From the NCBI RefSeq assembly GCF_964355755.1, contig NC_092679.1, forward strand, positions 7,222,201 to 7,286,200: a stretch of DNA of 64,000 bases, given 5' to 3'. Under the pieces are notes generated by a model. It was given only the letters and a program-made list of their open reading frames with translations, had not been told where the DNA came from and did no database searches. Below are positions 1 to 29,024 of the stretch, one piece after another. The DNA is from Antedon mediterranea (Eukaryota > Animalia > Echinodermata). Made by a program: the position numbers and the translations under genes. Positions within the stretch are counted from its first letter, which is position 1, and the number at the start of each line of letters is the position of its first letter.

Positions 1-492
1 TATAGGATTTTTTTCTCTTTTGTCATAGCTCATCACATTTAATAGAGCGCATCTCCACTTATCCGTATTCCATTGCCCTCCATTTCTTTATATTGTCTAG
101 GTCAATCAATTATCTTTCGCATGATTCACCATTTTAAAAATTGTTATGACGTCATCATGTGCAAAAGCGTCAATAACTTTGGTCACTTATTTTCACCTAT
201 TCTGAACTGTATGTAGTACGTATACATTATATAGTGTATACCGTATACACTTTGACGTGACACAAAATAGAGAGCGCACTAACATTTTTTCAATGGCATA
301 ATCGTTTTTCTGCGCGCAATATTCTAACGTATGACGTGCACGTGGCGTTTGCGCTGCGGATAACCTAACTCGTCCGTAGTGACGATTTCAAATCTAGTTA
401 ATATTAAAACTTGTATACCACACATTTCTACACAATCGTTTTCAGCATTTCTTGAATAAAGTGACTGAAGAAATTTGGTTTTTTTTTTTTAG

Positions 493-3400
493 TCAAGGCA
501 CAACACAGAAGACTTTGATTTGTTTACATTGGACGATGTAGATGCAGCATTTGATAAAGTCACACAAGTTAAATATTCACAGAGCATGACTCTAAAAGGT
601 AACAATCTATTGCATATATTACCCATTGTATATGCTGAAATTCTATTTCTCTTACTCAACACATAATTGCAATATTCATACAAGTCTTCTCAAACCTCAC
701 AACAAATTAAATGTTATAATAACTAAGACCTGTCTGTGCCATATTGGTTGTATCTTTAGATAAGATACTTTACTCTCATTGCAGGAGATTTCACATGTAT
801 ATAATCGCAATATAATGTGCAATGCTGCATCATAAAGAAGGAGTATGGAATCGTCCCTCTTGGAGAACAGTCAAGAAATAAGTTAAACAAAGGAATGAAC
901 AGTAATCAAATGATTTTAAATTCAATTTTAAAACAGGCAAAGGTCATGGCTTAGTAATCACAGCGTTACCGGCTGGTCACATGGTAGGTGGTACAATTTG
1001 GAAGATTGTAAAAGACGGTGAAGAAGAGATTGTGTATGCCGTTGACTACAACCACAAGAAGGAGAGACATTTAAACGGCTGTGTGCTAGAGACTATCAGT
1101 CGTCCGTCACTGCTTATTACAGACGCATACAATGCAATGTATCAACAGACAAAAAGAAGACAGCGAGATGAACAGTTAATGAGTATGTATTATTAAACAA
1201 TCCATTTGCATGCAATTTTCTGATTAAAAGTGAATAGTTAGCAAATAATTAAAGCCATCACCTGACAATTGATGGTGGCAGCCCGTCAATAAATTAAGAG
1301 TAATGGGTTGTACAAGTAGTTGTTTTATAATTGGGACAACAATAAAACTCTAATGAGGTAGAGTTTATGTATTGTAAAACAGTAAAGTAACTTAGGTGTC
1401 AAAACAGTTTAATTAAGTTGTCCGCTCGAATTCATCAGTTGTTATCAGTTATCTCATTACTAAATCGAACCCAGATAAAAATGTTTTCACATTTAATAAA
1501 ACTCTAAGTTTGTAAATTTCTGATTTTAATTTGTTTTTTTTTTTCAGATATAATCTTGAATACAATGAGAAGTGATGGAAATGTACTTATCGCAGTTGAC
1601 ACGGCTGGAAGGGTCGTTGAACTTTCACTCCTTCTGGTAAACTTTGAGTTTAATTTCATGTTCGAATGTCAATTATGTTTATATTGTACAAAGGATTTTT
1701 TTTAAATGGTAGAATGATAACATGTAATATTAATAGTCTGTCAAAAATATATATCAAAAAAATAGTTCATATTTTCATTTTAGTTGTCAAAATGGTCAAG
1801 AGTGGTGTGTGTTCCCCTGACTAGCTGTAATCTTATATAATGTGAAGTACTTAAATGTACTTAATAATTTTGCCACAGCTTGTAGTATATATATAGAGTA
1901 GTAGATAAGGTTGCTTTATATACGGATAAACTTTATATTTTCAGGATCAACTTTGGCACAAGCAAGAGTCTGGTTTGGGTACCTATTCCTTAGCAATGCT
2001 GAACAATGTTAGTTACAATGTTGTAGAATTTGCCAAATCTATGGTAAGCTATCATTCTGTGTACTGTGTGTTATAAGCAAAGGCACATTTGGCAATTTTA
2101 AAGATTGTATTTGTATAGTCTCAGACAGCCTGAAATTAACAAGTGGCATTATGCTGGGATACTGCTCTGCTTTTACTCAAATAAAACATTACATTTTATA
2201 TTATATTTAGTCATATATAATATACAATTTAATATAATATTCTGTAAAAATAATAAAAATAAATTTAGTCAATCTGGGTGATAAAATGATTGAAATAATA
2301 ATTTATTATCAAAGTAAAATGTTTCATATACATTGAAATGGGTTAATGATGATTTCTAATTAAATTAGTTTTTTCTTTATCAACAAGATGGAATGGATGA
2401 GTGATAAAGTGATGCGTTCTTTCGAGGATCAAAGAAATAACCCATTTCAATTCAAACATCTTCTACTTTGCCATTCATTACAAGAATTGGCAAAAGTTCC
2501 AGAACCAAAGGTACTTGATATACGACCTTTCATAAGTTCTTGCTATACCACCTTTCATAAGTCCTTGCTTAAGTCTAATTTCATAAGTCCTTGCTTAAGT
2601 CCACATTAAGTCCTTGCTTAAGTCCACCTTTCATAAGTCCTTGCTTAAGTCCACCCGTAAGTCCATGCTTAAGTCCTACTTTCATAAGTCCATGCTTAAA
2701 TCCACCTTTCATAAGTCCTTGCTTAAATCCACCCGTAAGTCCATGCTTAAGTCCAACTTTCATAAGTCAGGTCCAACTTTGATAAGTCCTTGCTTAAGTC
2801 TATTTTCGTAAGTCCTTGCTTAAGTCTAATTTCATAAGTCCTTGCTTAAGTCCAACTTTCATAAGTCCTTGCTCAAGTCAACCCTTAAGTAAATTTGTTT
2901 CTGCTGACTTTTGATACCTAAAATATACTGTATGTGTGCAACTTCTTTACATTTTATCTTAGGTGGTTTTAGCAAGTGTACCAGACATGGAGTGCGGATA
3001 TTCTAGAGATCTATTTCTACAGTGGAGCACTAAACCTAATAACAGTATTATATTGACATCTAGAACGTCGCCAACGACGATATCAAGAGAATTTATACAG
3101 AACACTAATAAACAGAAGCTATGGCTAAAGGTTAGTTTGGGTTGCTAAGTCAACAGTAACCAATCATGCATGGAATCAAAAAATTTGAATCAGATTTTAT
3201 TTTAAAATGTTGTAGAAACATAATGTGCTGTAGTTACACAAATCATATGTACTGATGATGAGTAGTAGCAGTAGTCTGTATGCTCATAAATAATAGGGTA
3301 TATTATAAAATAATTTTCTTTTTTTCTTGGTTGACAGATTAAGAAAAGAGTTCCGTTAGAAAGAGATGAATTAGAGGCTTATCGCAAAAAGGAAAAGGAA

Positions 3401-6400
3401 CGAGAAGATATCGAAAAAGCAACAAAAAACAAGTAATTTAATTTACTTCATTTGCCTTGCTTATTAAAATGTGTTTATGAAGCTTTTATTTATCAAATTA
3501 TTATTTGTTTTTTTTTAGACTAGAAGTTGAATCTAGCAGCGATGAGAGTGATGATGAGTCACAAACTGACATGAAAGGACTAAATAAGTCAAGTCATGAT
3601 CTCATGATTAAATCCGACGTAAGTAAATAAAATAAAATCAACACAAATATGCATATCACTCCAACAATCTGATGTTATTCGTCTACGGAACATTAAGTGA
3701 ATGACAAAGTCACATACATATATTTCTTTACATAATAATTAATAATAATAATTTACATCATATTTATATTGCGCTTTATACAGTAGTAGTATCAAAGCAT
3801 AGTGGACTATATTTACACATACTACAACATGCATCTCTATAAAATCCTTTCTCTAACATCATCAAAATTTCTCCCTAACATCAAGTTGCCTTGTGCACCT
3901 ACCCCTTTCTCTATACCGCTTTAACTATTATGCATTGCTGTTATTTATGTATATAGTTTATAGCGTTTAATAATTATATAAAAAGGATGTAACAACTTGC
4001 TACAAATTGTACAAATGTTGTTGTGTTTAGGGAGGAAAGAAAAGCACAAGTTTTTTCAAGCATGCCCGTAAATCGTTTCCCATGTTTCCATTCCATGAGG
4101 AACGAATTAAGTGGGATGAATACGGAGAGATTATCAAACCTGAGGATTACGCCCTCATTGACGCCACTGGTGTTGAAAATGAAGATAAAGATGTAAGGTT
4201 TCAAAATTCTGTTTTCCTCTTATTCTTATTTTATTCTTTATTTAACCATTTCAGCAATATCTTCTGAAAAGAAAGACAACGTACATTAATTAAAAAAGTA
4301 TAAAGTCAAAAGTTTTAAAAAATAATAATAATCTACAAATAGAAAATAATAAAGATTGAAATACTTGCATATTTCATAATTAATAAAAATATTGTTGTTA
4401 CCATTATGACTTTACACGCCAACTGTGATTAGAAGTTAAATATAGAATTCCAACTTTATAGCTTATTTGCCAAACCATTATCTTTATCTACTAAAGATAT
4501 TAGATATTATTTATCTACACATTTATTTCTTTACTTCATTTTAATTTTTCTTTTTTTTAGGATGATGGAAAAATGGAGGTTGATGAGAATATTGAAGGTG
4601 TGAAGAATTACATTTCAAATCCTAAAAATGTATTTTATTTCAATAAATATTTACAGTGAATTATACTTTGATTTATTGTACTTATAGAAGTGGAAATGCC
4701 AACCAAGTGTGTGGCTACTGAAAAACTAATTGATATCAGGTGTTCTATTACATTCATTGACTTTGAAGGACGCTCGGACGGAGAATCAATGAAGAAATTA
4801 ATAACTCAAGTTAAACCCCGACAATTGGTTAGTAAACATTTTCTTTGCAACTATTTATACAACATCAACCTGCTTTGAAACTATTAAAAACCACTATCAT
4901 GTTTCAAAAGCAGAAAAATATGGAAACGAATTGTGCAAAGCGTAATGTCTGAATGACGGAAAATGTTTTAAGAGAGAGATCATGTTTGTATGTCACAATA
5001 TGCCCTGATTTCCACCAGCATGTCAAGCCCCACCCCTTCCCAACTTTCTCCCTCCTACTTACTAATAAAAACTAATAGACGCTCCTAAAGTAAATTAAAA
5101 TTGCTTATCTGATTGTTAGATCTTGGTGCATGGTTCTCGAGAAGCTACTACACACCTCGCAGATTATTGTAGAGCACAGCTTCCTGGTAGCAAAGTGTTT
5201 ACACCAGAAGTTGATGAAGTAGTAGATGCTACCATGGAAAGCCATATATACCAGGTCAGTTTACTTATGTAATGTTGGCTTAAAAAGATAATGTATACTT
5301 AGTTCAATCCAATAACATTTTATTTTGTGTAAACCAATATGCAAACGTACAATGATAAGGGAATTTTGTCTGTCTTTAAAAAGTCCTTTAAAACCCTAGA
5401 GAGGAATTCTGATGAACAAATTTGAGAAAATTTACAGACTGTTAATAAAATATCGTGACCTCTACTAAATAGGTCTCTACCCATCTAATATAGTTAATGG
5501 ATTTACAGTGTTTGGGAAGTTTATATATATTAAGCACTAATTATTGTGGTTTTTTTAGGTTCGGCTGACTGATGCTATGGTTAGTTCATTGGAGTTTGCC
5601 AAGACACCAGATGCAGAATTGGCCTGGATTGATGGCCAGCTAGATGCTAAAGGTACATTGCTGATTTATTCTTACAATTTGTTATTACTGTACCAACCTT
5701 TCATTTTAACAACATGCCCTATGACTACTTAATTTTATGCATTTTACAACACATATGAGCATGTATTACTGTAGAATAATTATCTAAACAGTCAAATATA
5801 AAAAAATAAAATATCGCTATTATATCAAAACATTCTAATTTGGTACTTTTAATATTGTTTGTTTACAGCCATTATGAACGCAGATGTTGTACCTACTTTA
5901 GAATCTTTATCTGCACTTGATGTAAGTATTTTATGTCCATTCAATTATTAATACATAACACACAGGATGAACTATGTCCCTTCGTACTCCTTATTTATAT
6001 TTGTGTAGATTGATTTTAAGACACCGTATTCTCCAACTATCTTTGATGCACATTCAATGTGCAACAAGTATACAGAAAATAAAAAAACAAAGTAGTAAGA
6101 TTTAAATAAAGTGCTACTCCTCATTACACTGTAGTAACATACAAAATTTAAAATATATGTTGTTTATTGCAATAGATTGTAGACCATGAGCAGGTGTTCC
6201 TGAATGCTCCTAGGTTCCAAGCATTGAAGCAGGTATTGGCAAGAAATGGTATCAATGTTGAGATGTCTGGAGGTGTGCTGGTCTGTAACAACTTAGTCGC
6301 AATCAAAAGGGTAACCAATTTGTATTATTTTATTGTGAGATTGGAAAGTTAGAATAGATTTAATTTAACCTGTGGTCTTGTATTTACAATCCTCCTTTGT

Positions 6401-6742
6401 TTTTTTAGACAAAACTGTACATACTATTTTCATTTATTACTTTATGTTTTATTCCATACATATTATATAACATTTAAACAAGCTTTGACCAGAGTCCGAC
6501 CCCTATGAAATAATGGTCCCATGCCTTTTGGTATAATGGACTTTACTCCGATACTATATGAAGTATTTACTTATATATATTTCACATTTATATTACCAGT
6601 TCCAAAAGCATTGCTTGATACAGTCAATGTATGTTATATTTTATTGCAGAATGATGTAGGAGGAATTACTGTAGAAGGATGTGTATCTGAGGAATACTTC
6701 AAAGTAAAAGAGCTACTCTATGAACAGTATGCAATTATCTGA
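493..6742 (+). CDS. CPSF2: Cleavage and polyadenylation specificity factor subunit 2 (CPSF100); 5'-partial, 16 exons in the window
   Basis: Phase-consistent GT-AG exons: 493-598, 937-1182, 1548-1636, 1945-2043, 2388-2510, 2963-3130, 3338-3432, 3519-3618, 4031-4192, 4561-4597, 4688-4827, 5120-5254, 5559-5652, 5869-5921, 6176-6310, 6650-6742 (TGA). Peptides [79 protein letters not shown] and the C-terminal LLYEQYAII match CPSF2 as recalled. Confidence 0.97.
2528..2885. repeat. Intronic minisatellite, ~24-27 bp units (ATAAGTCCTTGCTTAAGTCCACCTTTC-like), ~13 copies
   Basis: Tandem TAAGTCC-based units are directly visible and explain the repetitive ORFs at 2581-2811. Confidence 0.9.
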
Positions 6743-6785
6743 AGAAGAGAATTCAATCATTTTATAGTCACTACTGATACTAGTA

Positions 6786-6960
6786 AAGCTCTGTCTACAC
6801 ATGGAGGATACCTCCATGGTCTACACTATCAAACTTTGTGACAAAAAAAATGTGATGTGCCCATATATGGATGATGTCATATCACTACCATATTTAAGCA
6901 TATCACTACCATATTTAAGTATGTCACTACCATATTTGTAGAGTGCTACAGAGACAGATT
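6786..6960. mobile_element. MITE (AAGCTCTGTCTACAC-terminus family) in the CPSF2 3' UTR
   Basis: Shares its terminus and internal ATATCACTACCATATTT repeats with copies at 20362-20425 and 46230-46386. Confidence 0.7.
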
Positions 6961-7366
6961 GATATGCATCATTCACCATTAATGTATTTAATACATTATG
7001 TCTCAGAATCCTTGTCTTGTGAGATTTTAAACTGGAACGTTGTCCTTCATTGTACATAAGGGTCATTCATTGTCTAATTGTGTACACAATAGATGTAAAA
7101 CCAGTGGCAACTCTATTGTTCCTCAAATGTTTTCTTAAATTAGGTTCTCATTGTGTTATTTTTGTACATTCTAACCATTGACCTATAAGTACCTAGTTTA
7201 ATTAATTATTTATGTAAAGCCGTAATAACCTGAGAGGTAAATATAAAAGTGTAATAACACCATGTTGCTCCATGATAACACATGTACACAGAAAGTTGAT
7301 TCTTTCTGTACATAAGTTTATTAATCCAGGGTTCTTTTTTATTGATTATCTGCACTAATCAACTGT

Positions 7367-7394
7367 AATAAAAGCTATTCTTTTGCTGAATAAA
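7367..7394 (+). terminator. Candidate polyadenylation signals (two AATAAA) of CPSF2
   Basis: AATAAA at 7367 and 7389, downstream of the stop and followed by T-rich sequence. Further AATAAA hexamers lie downstream. Confidence 0.4.
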
Positions 7395-8066
7395 ATATTT
7401 ATTGAAATATTACTTTTAAATGTGATGATATTTCATTTCAGCTACGAAATTTACTACTGTAATAATAAACAAAAACTAACTTGTTATGCCTCCAATAATG
7501 TTATTTTTGTAATGTTTTGTCGAGGATTCTAACCATTTAAGTGAAGTTATTGCAGACTTTTGAAAATACTTGTATTGTATTGTATCAATCAAATGGTCTT
7601 TTATTATCTGTAAATAAAAAAAATAATACTGTTATTTGTTATTTGTAGTTTTATAAATTAATGTTTTTAAATAGTGGAGCATACGACTCAAAAATTGCTT
7701 GGGGAATCATGCGCTCCCCTTTGACAGATAAAATAAATGAATTATGAACTACTTGATATCTAGTGTTTTTGACAGACTATTAATATTAAATGTTAGTGCT
7801 AGTTAATATTTGTTAATATTAAAATCCTGGATCTGCCCCTGAAAGGTGACCCTAAATTAAAATTTATTTTTATTACATAAATTTGGGATGAAAAAAAAAG
7901 ATGCCCTCAGCATGCAGCTAATGAATATTCAGTGGGAAGTTAGTTACCTGGCTAGGAAGTTCATCGAAGCGTATCTGACTTGACCGCAAAGTATGATACT
8001 CTAGAGCAGTTCCGTGTACAAATATCGGGAAAAATACCCGGGTTATAGTCACTATACCAACCCACG

Positions 8067-23963
<15,897 letters not shown>

Positions 23964-24934
23964 TAAGATTGGAGGTTTTTAATCAACAAAATTGGCTGAC
24001 ATCAAGAAGAGTGCAAATAAATTATGCAATACTTGGAATTTAATTATTACCAGTTATTTAATATGTTTTGTCACTCAACAACTTATATCAACTGGAACCA
24101 TAATATGGTTATTGTGCTATTAGCACACTCAATCTGAGAGATACTCAATTAGATGAACTATGACATAGCGCTTTTGGAAGAAAGGTCCTCAGATGTGTTA
24201 CCAGCTGATTTGCATGAGCAATTTCAGTTAAAGTTGTCAATGAACCAGTATAGGAAACAAAATTGTGGTTATTGGATCTGTTAGGCTTGATCTGTCCAGG
24301 TAAAACAAGACCACTTTTTCCTGGTCTCTCTGGACTGTTTGAAGCTCCTTGTTGTTTCTATCTGAGCGTTACGAGATCTTTTGTGAGCAGTTTAAGGAGC
24401 TCATATGCTACCAGAGGAATACGCCTATTGTATTTTAATAGAAGCTTGTACACATGTGAGCATTTTTGTTTAGCTCAGCTCTTATAAAGCGACAATAATG
24501 GAATGAGCAGATCTGCATTGCTCATAGCATAGGAAAACTTGTGCACACCAATGTATAGTACTTTTTACATGAAGAATTGCTTCACAGAGTTTTGAAATTC
24601 CTAAAGACTACAATTTACTAGAGTTGTTTTGCATCTAGTTGAATTGTTTAACAATTGACTGAAAACTGCCATAAATTTGTAGAGAATTATGTATTTTAAT
24701 TATTCAACAAGTGCTTAAGTTGTTGAAAGGAGATTTTATTCAATTAATGGATATTATTATTACTTTAAATCACATATATAAATGTACAGCAAATACTTTT
24801 TATAATAATTTTGTATAGAAATTTTAAAATTCTAACATTTACATTTATATATTATACTGTAGGCCAATGTGTGTCTTAACATCAGCATAAGTTCACAGCC
24901 ATCCAACTATGTTGTTATGTTGGTTGTAGAACAA

Positions 24935-25030
24935 GTCTTGTTGGATGAGGACTATAAACTGTAGGTCCAGTGTACACAATTCAATTGTGTGCATTTTAAC
25001 AACTTAGTACGTCTTTATTTTAAGGGTGTA
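24935..25030 (+). mobile_element. Diverged SINE core, related to 9648-9865 but in the opposite orientation
   Basis: GGATGAGGACTATAAACTGTAGGTCCAGTGTACAC...GTGCATTTTAACAACTTAGTAC aligns by eye with the reverse complement of 9790-9862. Confidence 0.4.
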
Positions 25031-25877
25031 CTATTGCTCACATTGGTGAGATTGATTGATGAGAGAGCCTTGGGAAGGCAAAATTTAACTTGAACATGCA
25101 TTTTTAATACACAATAGGAAGCTTTCGCTTTGTGGTGACCTAAGACCTGTATTTTTTCATTGGTCAACATATACAATCCACTAGGTCATAGCAAATCAAA
25201 AGCAACCAGCTAACTTTTTGAAGTCAGTAAGTTGATACTGTATAAAGCGTCTTTCACACCAGCTCCAGTAAAATAACAGCAGAATTCCATGTATTGTTTT
25301 CACGACGCTGTACACACAATTTCGCGTGAACCTGAACTGGGGCCGGAGTGTAAAAGCCTCTTAACTCTAGTTAAATTTGGTAACTGGTCTTTTTAAACAA
25401 AATCAGACTGGAAATGTATTCCAAATAGCATCAATTAGCTTTGCTATGTTTGTAGTATTTTGATTTATTTTTCTATGTTAATAGTTAATGAATTATAATT
25501 ATTGTCTTGCCAATTTATTAATACATTTAATGGTAAATATTTATTTTTAAATAAACACACAACCAAAATAATAAAACTACACAAATTACAGGAATATGAA
25601 TTCAATTAATTACCGCATAAGAATCCAGGGATCTATAATTTGAAAATAAATTGAGAGGTAGTTTTTTTATTTTGGTTGGGGTAAGGTAGATTGTAATTTG
25701 AAGAGGCGTTTCTACATAAGCCATGACATAATTGGCTTATTTTTAAAATCATTTTAAACTATACACATTAGTCTGAAGGCAAATTTGATCAGATAATCAA
25801 CTATGTTTATGCATGAACACTGCGAGGTGTTTGTGATTGACTAGTCGAATACACCTTCCCATATTTTTAAATTTATA

Positions 25878-27583
25878 TGTAGCACTCTTTATATAAATGA
25901 CACAGACTGTTGTTATATTCTCTCAATGGTACTTTATTTACACTATATACAGGTACACAGAGAGTGATTAAGTTGTAGCTATCGGTTCAAGTTATTTCCA
26001 AATTGTGTTAATCTACAAGAAGTGTTAATTACAGAACATACATGACTACCGGTATTTAAGGAGTAGCCCAGTGAGGTGACTTATCAGTTCAGTGACCCTC
26101 CTTGTCCCCTCCCAGAGCTGGTATATCCATTAAGATCACACCCAAGTAATCATTAGTAAGTTATTACCAATTCCATAGAATAAGGCAATTAATTATTAGG
26201 AGTTGAACATTAGTTAAGTATGGAAAACCACATGAATTCCAGGAGAGTGAGTGACCTGCTACATCCACCCTGGCTTTCTGAACATCGCCCTCGATGTTAC
26301 ATAAAAAACATAAATCTTAAGCTAAACCAGTATAAAATATTAAAACAACTTACAAACTACAAAATTAACACAAAAATCAAATGAAAAGTACAAGCAAACT
26401 TAAGTAAGAAAAAAACATAACTTTCCGCTGCCGTATGTTCAAGCATATAAACATTAACGGAATAAGCAACACCAATATTATAAGATAAAACAAACTAGAA
26501 AAATACATGTTTGTAGAGCCGTATTCATGTCGCAGGACAACCCACTAACAATATTGGCAAAATCAAAAGAAAGAACAAAAAAACAATTTAGCATACAAAA
26601 TATAACAGGAACGAACATCTCATTCCAGAAACAAGTGCCACACTAAACCACTGACAATACAGCGTGTTCAAGGCACGTACGTATTACCCGTACATAAACA
26701 TCAAAACAATCATGTTCCAAACAAATTTATAGCAAAATACTGTATATCAGAAAATCAATCTTAAATTATTAAAAGAGATCAAAGCAAAATAAATCAAACG
26801 TAAATAATCTAATGTTATTTATAATACGAAATGTTTTGAGGGGCCGCTATAACATACCCTCAAGTGATAAAAGAAAAATTAAGTATAATGTAATCATGCA
26901 TAAATAACAAAAATTAACTTCAACATTAAAAATCTATGAATCAGTAAGGAGGTTCAACGTTTCTTGGGATTTTGTGGTTACTATCGTCGTTTTATTTCAA
27001 ATTTTTCTTCATTAGCAGCACCCTTATATTCACTCACATCAGGGGATTGTAACACAAAAAAACATAAACGTAGTTATGCCCGTAAATTGCCTACTGTATT
27101 TAATTGGACTTCTGATTGTGACCAAGCATTCACATTATTAAAGACCCGTTTAACTACTGCTCCGATACTTGCTTATCCAGATTATTCGCAACCATTTATC
27201 CTGGAAACGGATGCATCGGGAACAGGGTTGGGAGCAGTGTTGTCTCAAATACATGACGGGATACAACACGTCCTTGCTTACGCTAGCCGAGGACTTAGAC
27301 CATCAGAAACTCGCTATCCTGCACATAAGCTAGAATTTTTGGCTTTAAAGTGGGCGGTCACATCAAAATTTCGCGACTACTTACTGGGGACACATTTTAA
27401 AGTTTTTACAGACAATAATCCTTTAGTGTATGTGTTAAGCTCAGCCAAATTGGATGCTATTGGCCAACGCTGGGTGTAAGTTATTACCAATTCCATAGAA
27501 TAAGGCAATTAATTATTAGGAGTTGAACATTAGTTAAGTATGGAAAACCACATGAATTCCAGGAGAGTGAGTGACCTGCTACA
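25878..27583 (-). mobile_element. Rearranged Gypsy/Ty3 LTR retrotransposon: complete 386-bp LTR, 108-bp partial LTR, internal deletion
   Basis: LTR 25878-26263 has TGTAGCA...TGCTACA termini. 26156-26263 is identical to 27476-27583. TATA target-site duplication at 25874-25877 and 27584-27587. Minus-strand polypurine tract AGAAAGCCAGGGTGGA at 26264-26279. Confidence 0.88.
26946..27476 (+). pseudogene. Gypsy pol fragment (RT connection and RNase H)
   Basis: KEVQRFLGFCGYYRRFI, FILETDASGTGLGAVLSQ, YPAHKLEFLALKWAVT and VFTDNNPL are typical Ty3/Gypsy RNase H motifs. Truncated at both ends. Confidence 0.9.
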
Positions 27584-27842
27584 TATATATTATGTATAAA
27601 TTACACAAAACCAGTATACATTATTTTGTTTCAAATTATAATAGAGAAAGTTTGAACACTGTGTGTTAAGCATGAATATTTAAATTGTTGTTAAAATTAA
27701 ATCTTGTTTTAAGTTTTATCTTTTATTGTAAATTTGAAGATTTAGAAAGATGAAATGTATGAGGTATCCGGTTTAGTACAATACCAATGTTACAGTATAC
27801 AAACTGTATCTTTTTGTATAGTTTTGAGGTCTACTAATGGTT

Positions 27843-28214
27843 AACCGTAGTTAGCCGCATAAACGCCCCAGGGCATTTATTTTTTGGAAGGGAGTTTATT
27901 TTAGGGAGGCGTTTATTCGAAGGAAGTGTTTATTTTTCTTGGGTGTAATATGGTAACATGTATAATCAACAGATTCTCCCTAAAAATGAAAAAATACAAC
28001 ACATTTAATATCAAGAAGTGATTAAATACAATAAAAATTCTTCAAAATTGTACTTTGTCAATTGTAGATCATGGGAATTCTACTACAAATTAGAAATATG
28101 TTATAATACACATTGTGTATATGCATGTGGCGGGCATTTATTTGATGTTGTGTGGGTGGTGGGGGGCATTTATTGGAGGGAAGCATTTTTTTTTTTATTT
28201 GAATAAAAACGGTA
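27843..28214. mobile_element. Degenerate pogo/Tigger-like MITE
   Basis: (T/A)ACCGT...ACGGTA termini with repeated GGGCRTTTATT subterminal motifs. Confidence 0.5.
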
Positions 28215-29024
28215 AAACATTTGTGGTACCTTTTCAAATATATACATATATATATAGGCCTATATAAATTTAGATTTGTATATTGCACTCTATACAGTAT
28301 ATATATCAATTTGTATATTGCACTCTATACAGTATATATATAAATTCTGTACATTACTTTTGTATACATACCATGAATTATTTTTTATGTAAATATCCTG
28401 AATGGAAAAAAAGGAAACTTACAGTATATAAGGCGGAATTTTTGATTTGATAATGAACTGAGTGTGTGACTAAGATTGATTCTAAGCCTACTTCTCTAAA
28501 TAAATATTATTATATTTATTTTCTTGTCATGAATTTTAATTTTGCTAATGAACTTGTTTTAGTTACAATTATGCAATGGTAAAATGGTAAAACTACACTT
28601 GATTTTTATATCCTCCATTGAGTATTAAAAATGCAATATACCAATACCAATCCAGTAGCAGATACAGAATTTTTAATAGGGATGGGCGAGGCCTAAAAAT
28701 AGTAAAATGAAGTACGGAACAAATGTGTCTTTTACAGAAAAATGTTTAATGTAATCTTTCCAAGAGTTTACACCCTTGCCAGAGAAAACTAATTATTTTG
28801 ACAGTTTATTTTACGAGGGTGGTCCATCCCAGAGCCGTAGCCAACATGAGGCACTCGCCTCGTCTGAAATTTTCACTACCCACCCCAATTCCAAAGCAGA
28901 TATTGTCATGTTTTATATTAATAATTATATTTAAAGCATCTCTTTTAACGTCTCACTACAACCTTGCATCCAGCCAAAGCTGATTAGGGACCCTAAAAAA
29001 TGCTTATGATGCATTTATAACAAA

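Noticed and set aside
40-397. CpG-rich stretch ending in a weak hairpin plus CTAGT (possible Helitron 3' end or promoter)
   Set aside because: It lies inside a CPSF2 intron, the hairpin is imperfect and the other end is not visible, so it cannot be classified.
2581-2811. Repetitive ORFs on both strands
   Set aside because: They are translations of an intronic minisatellite.
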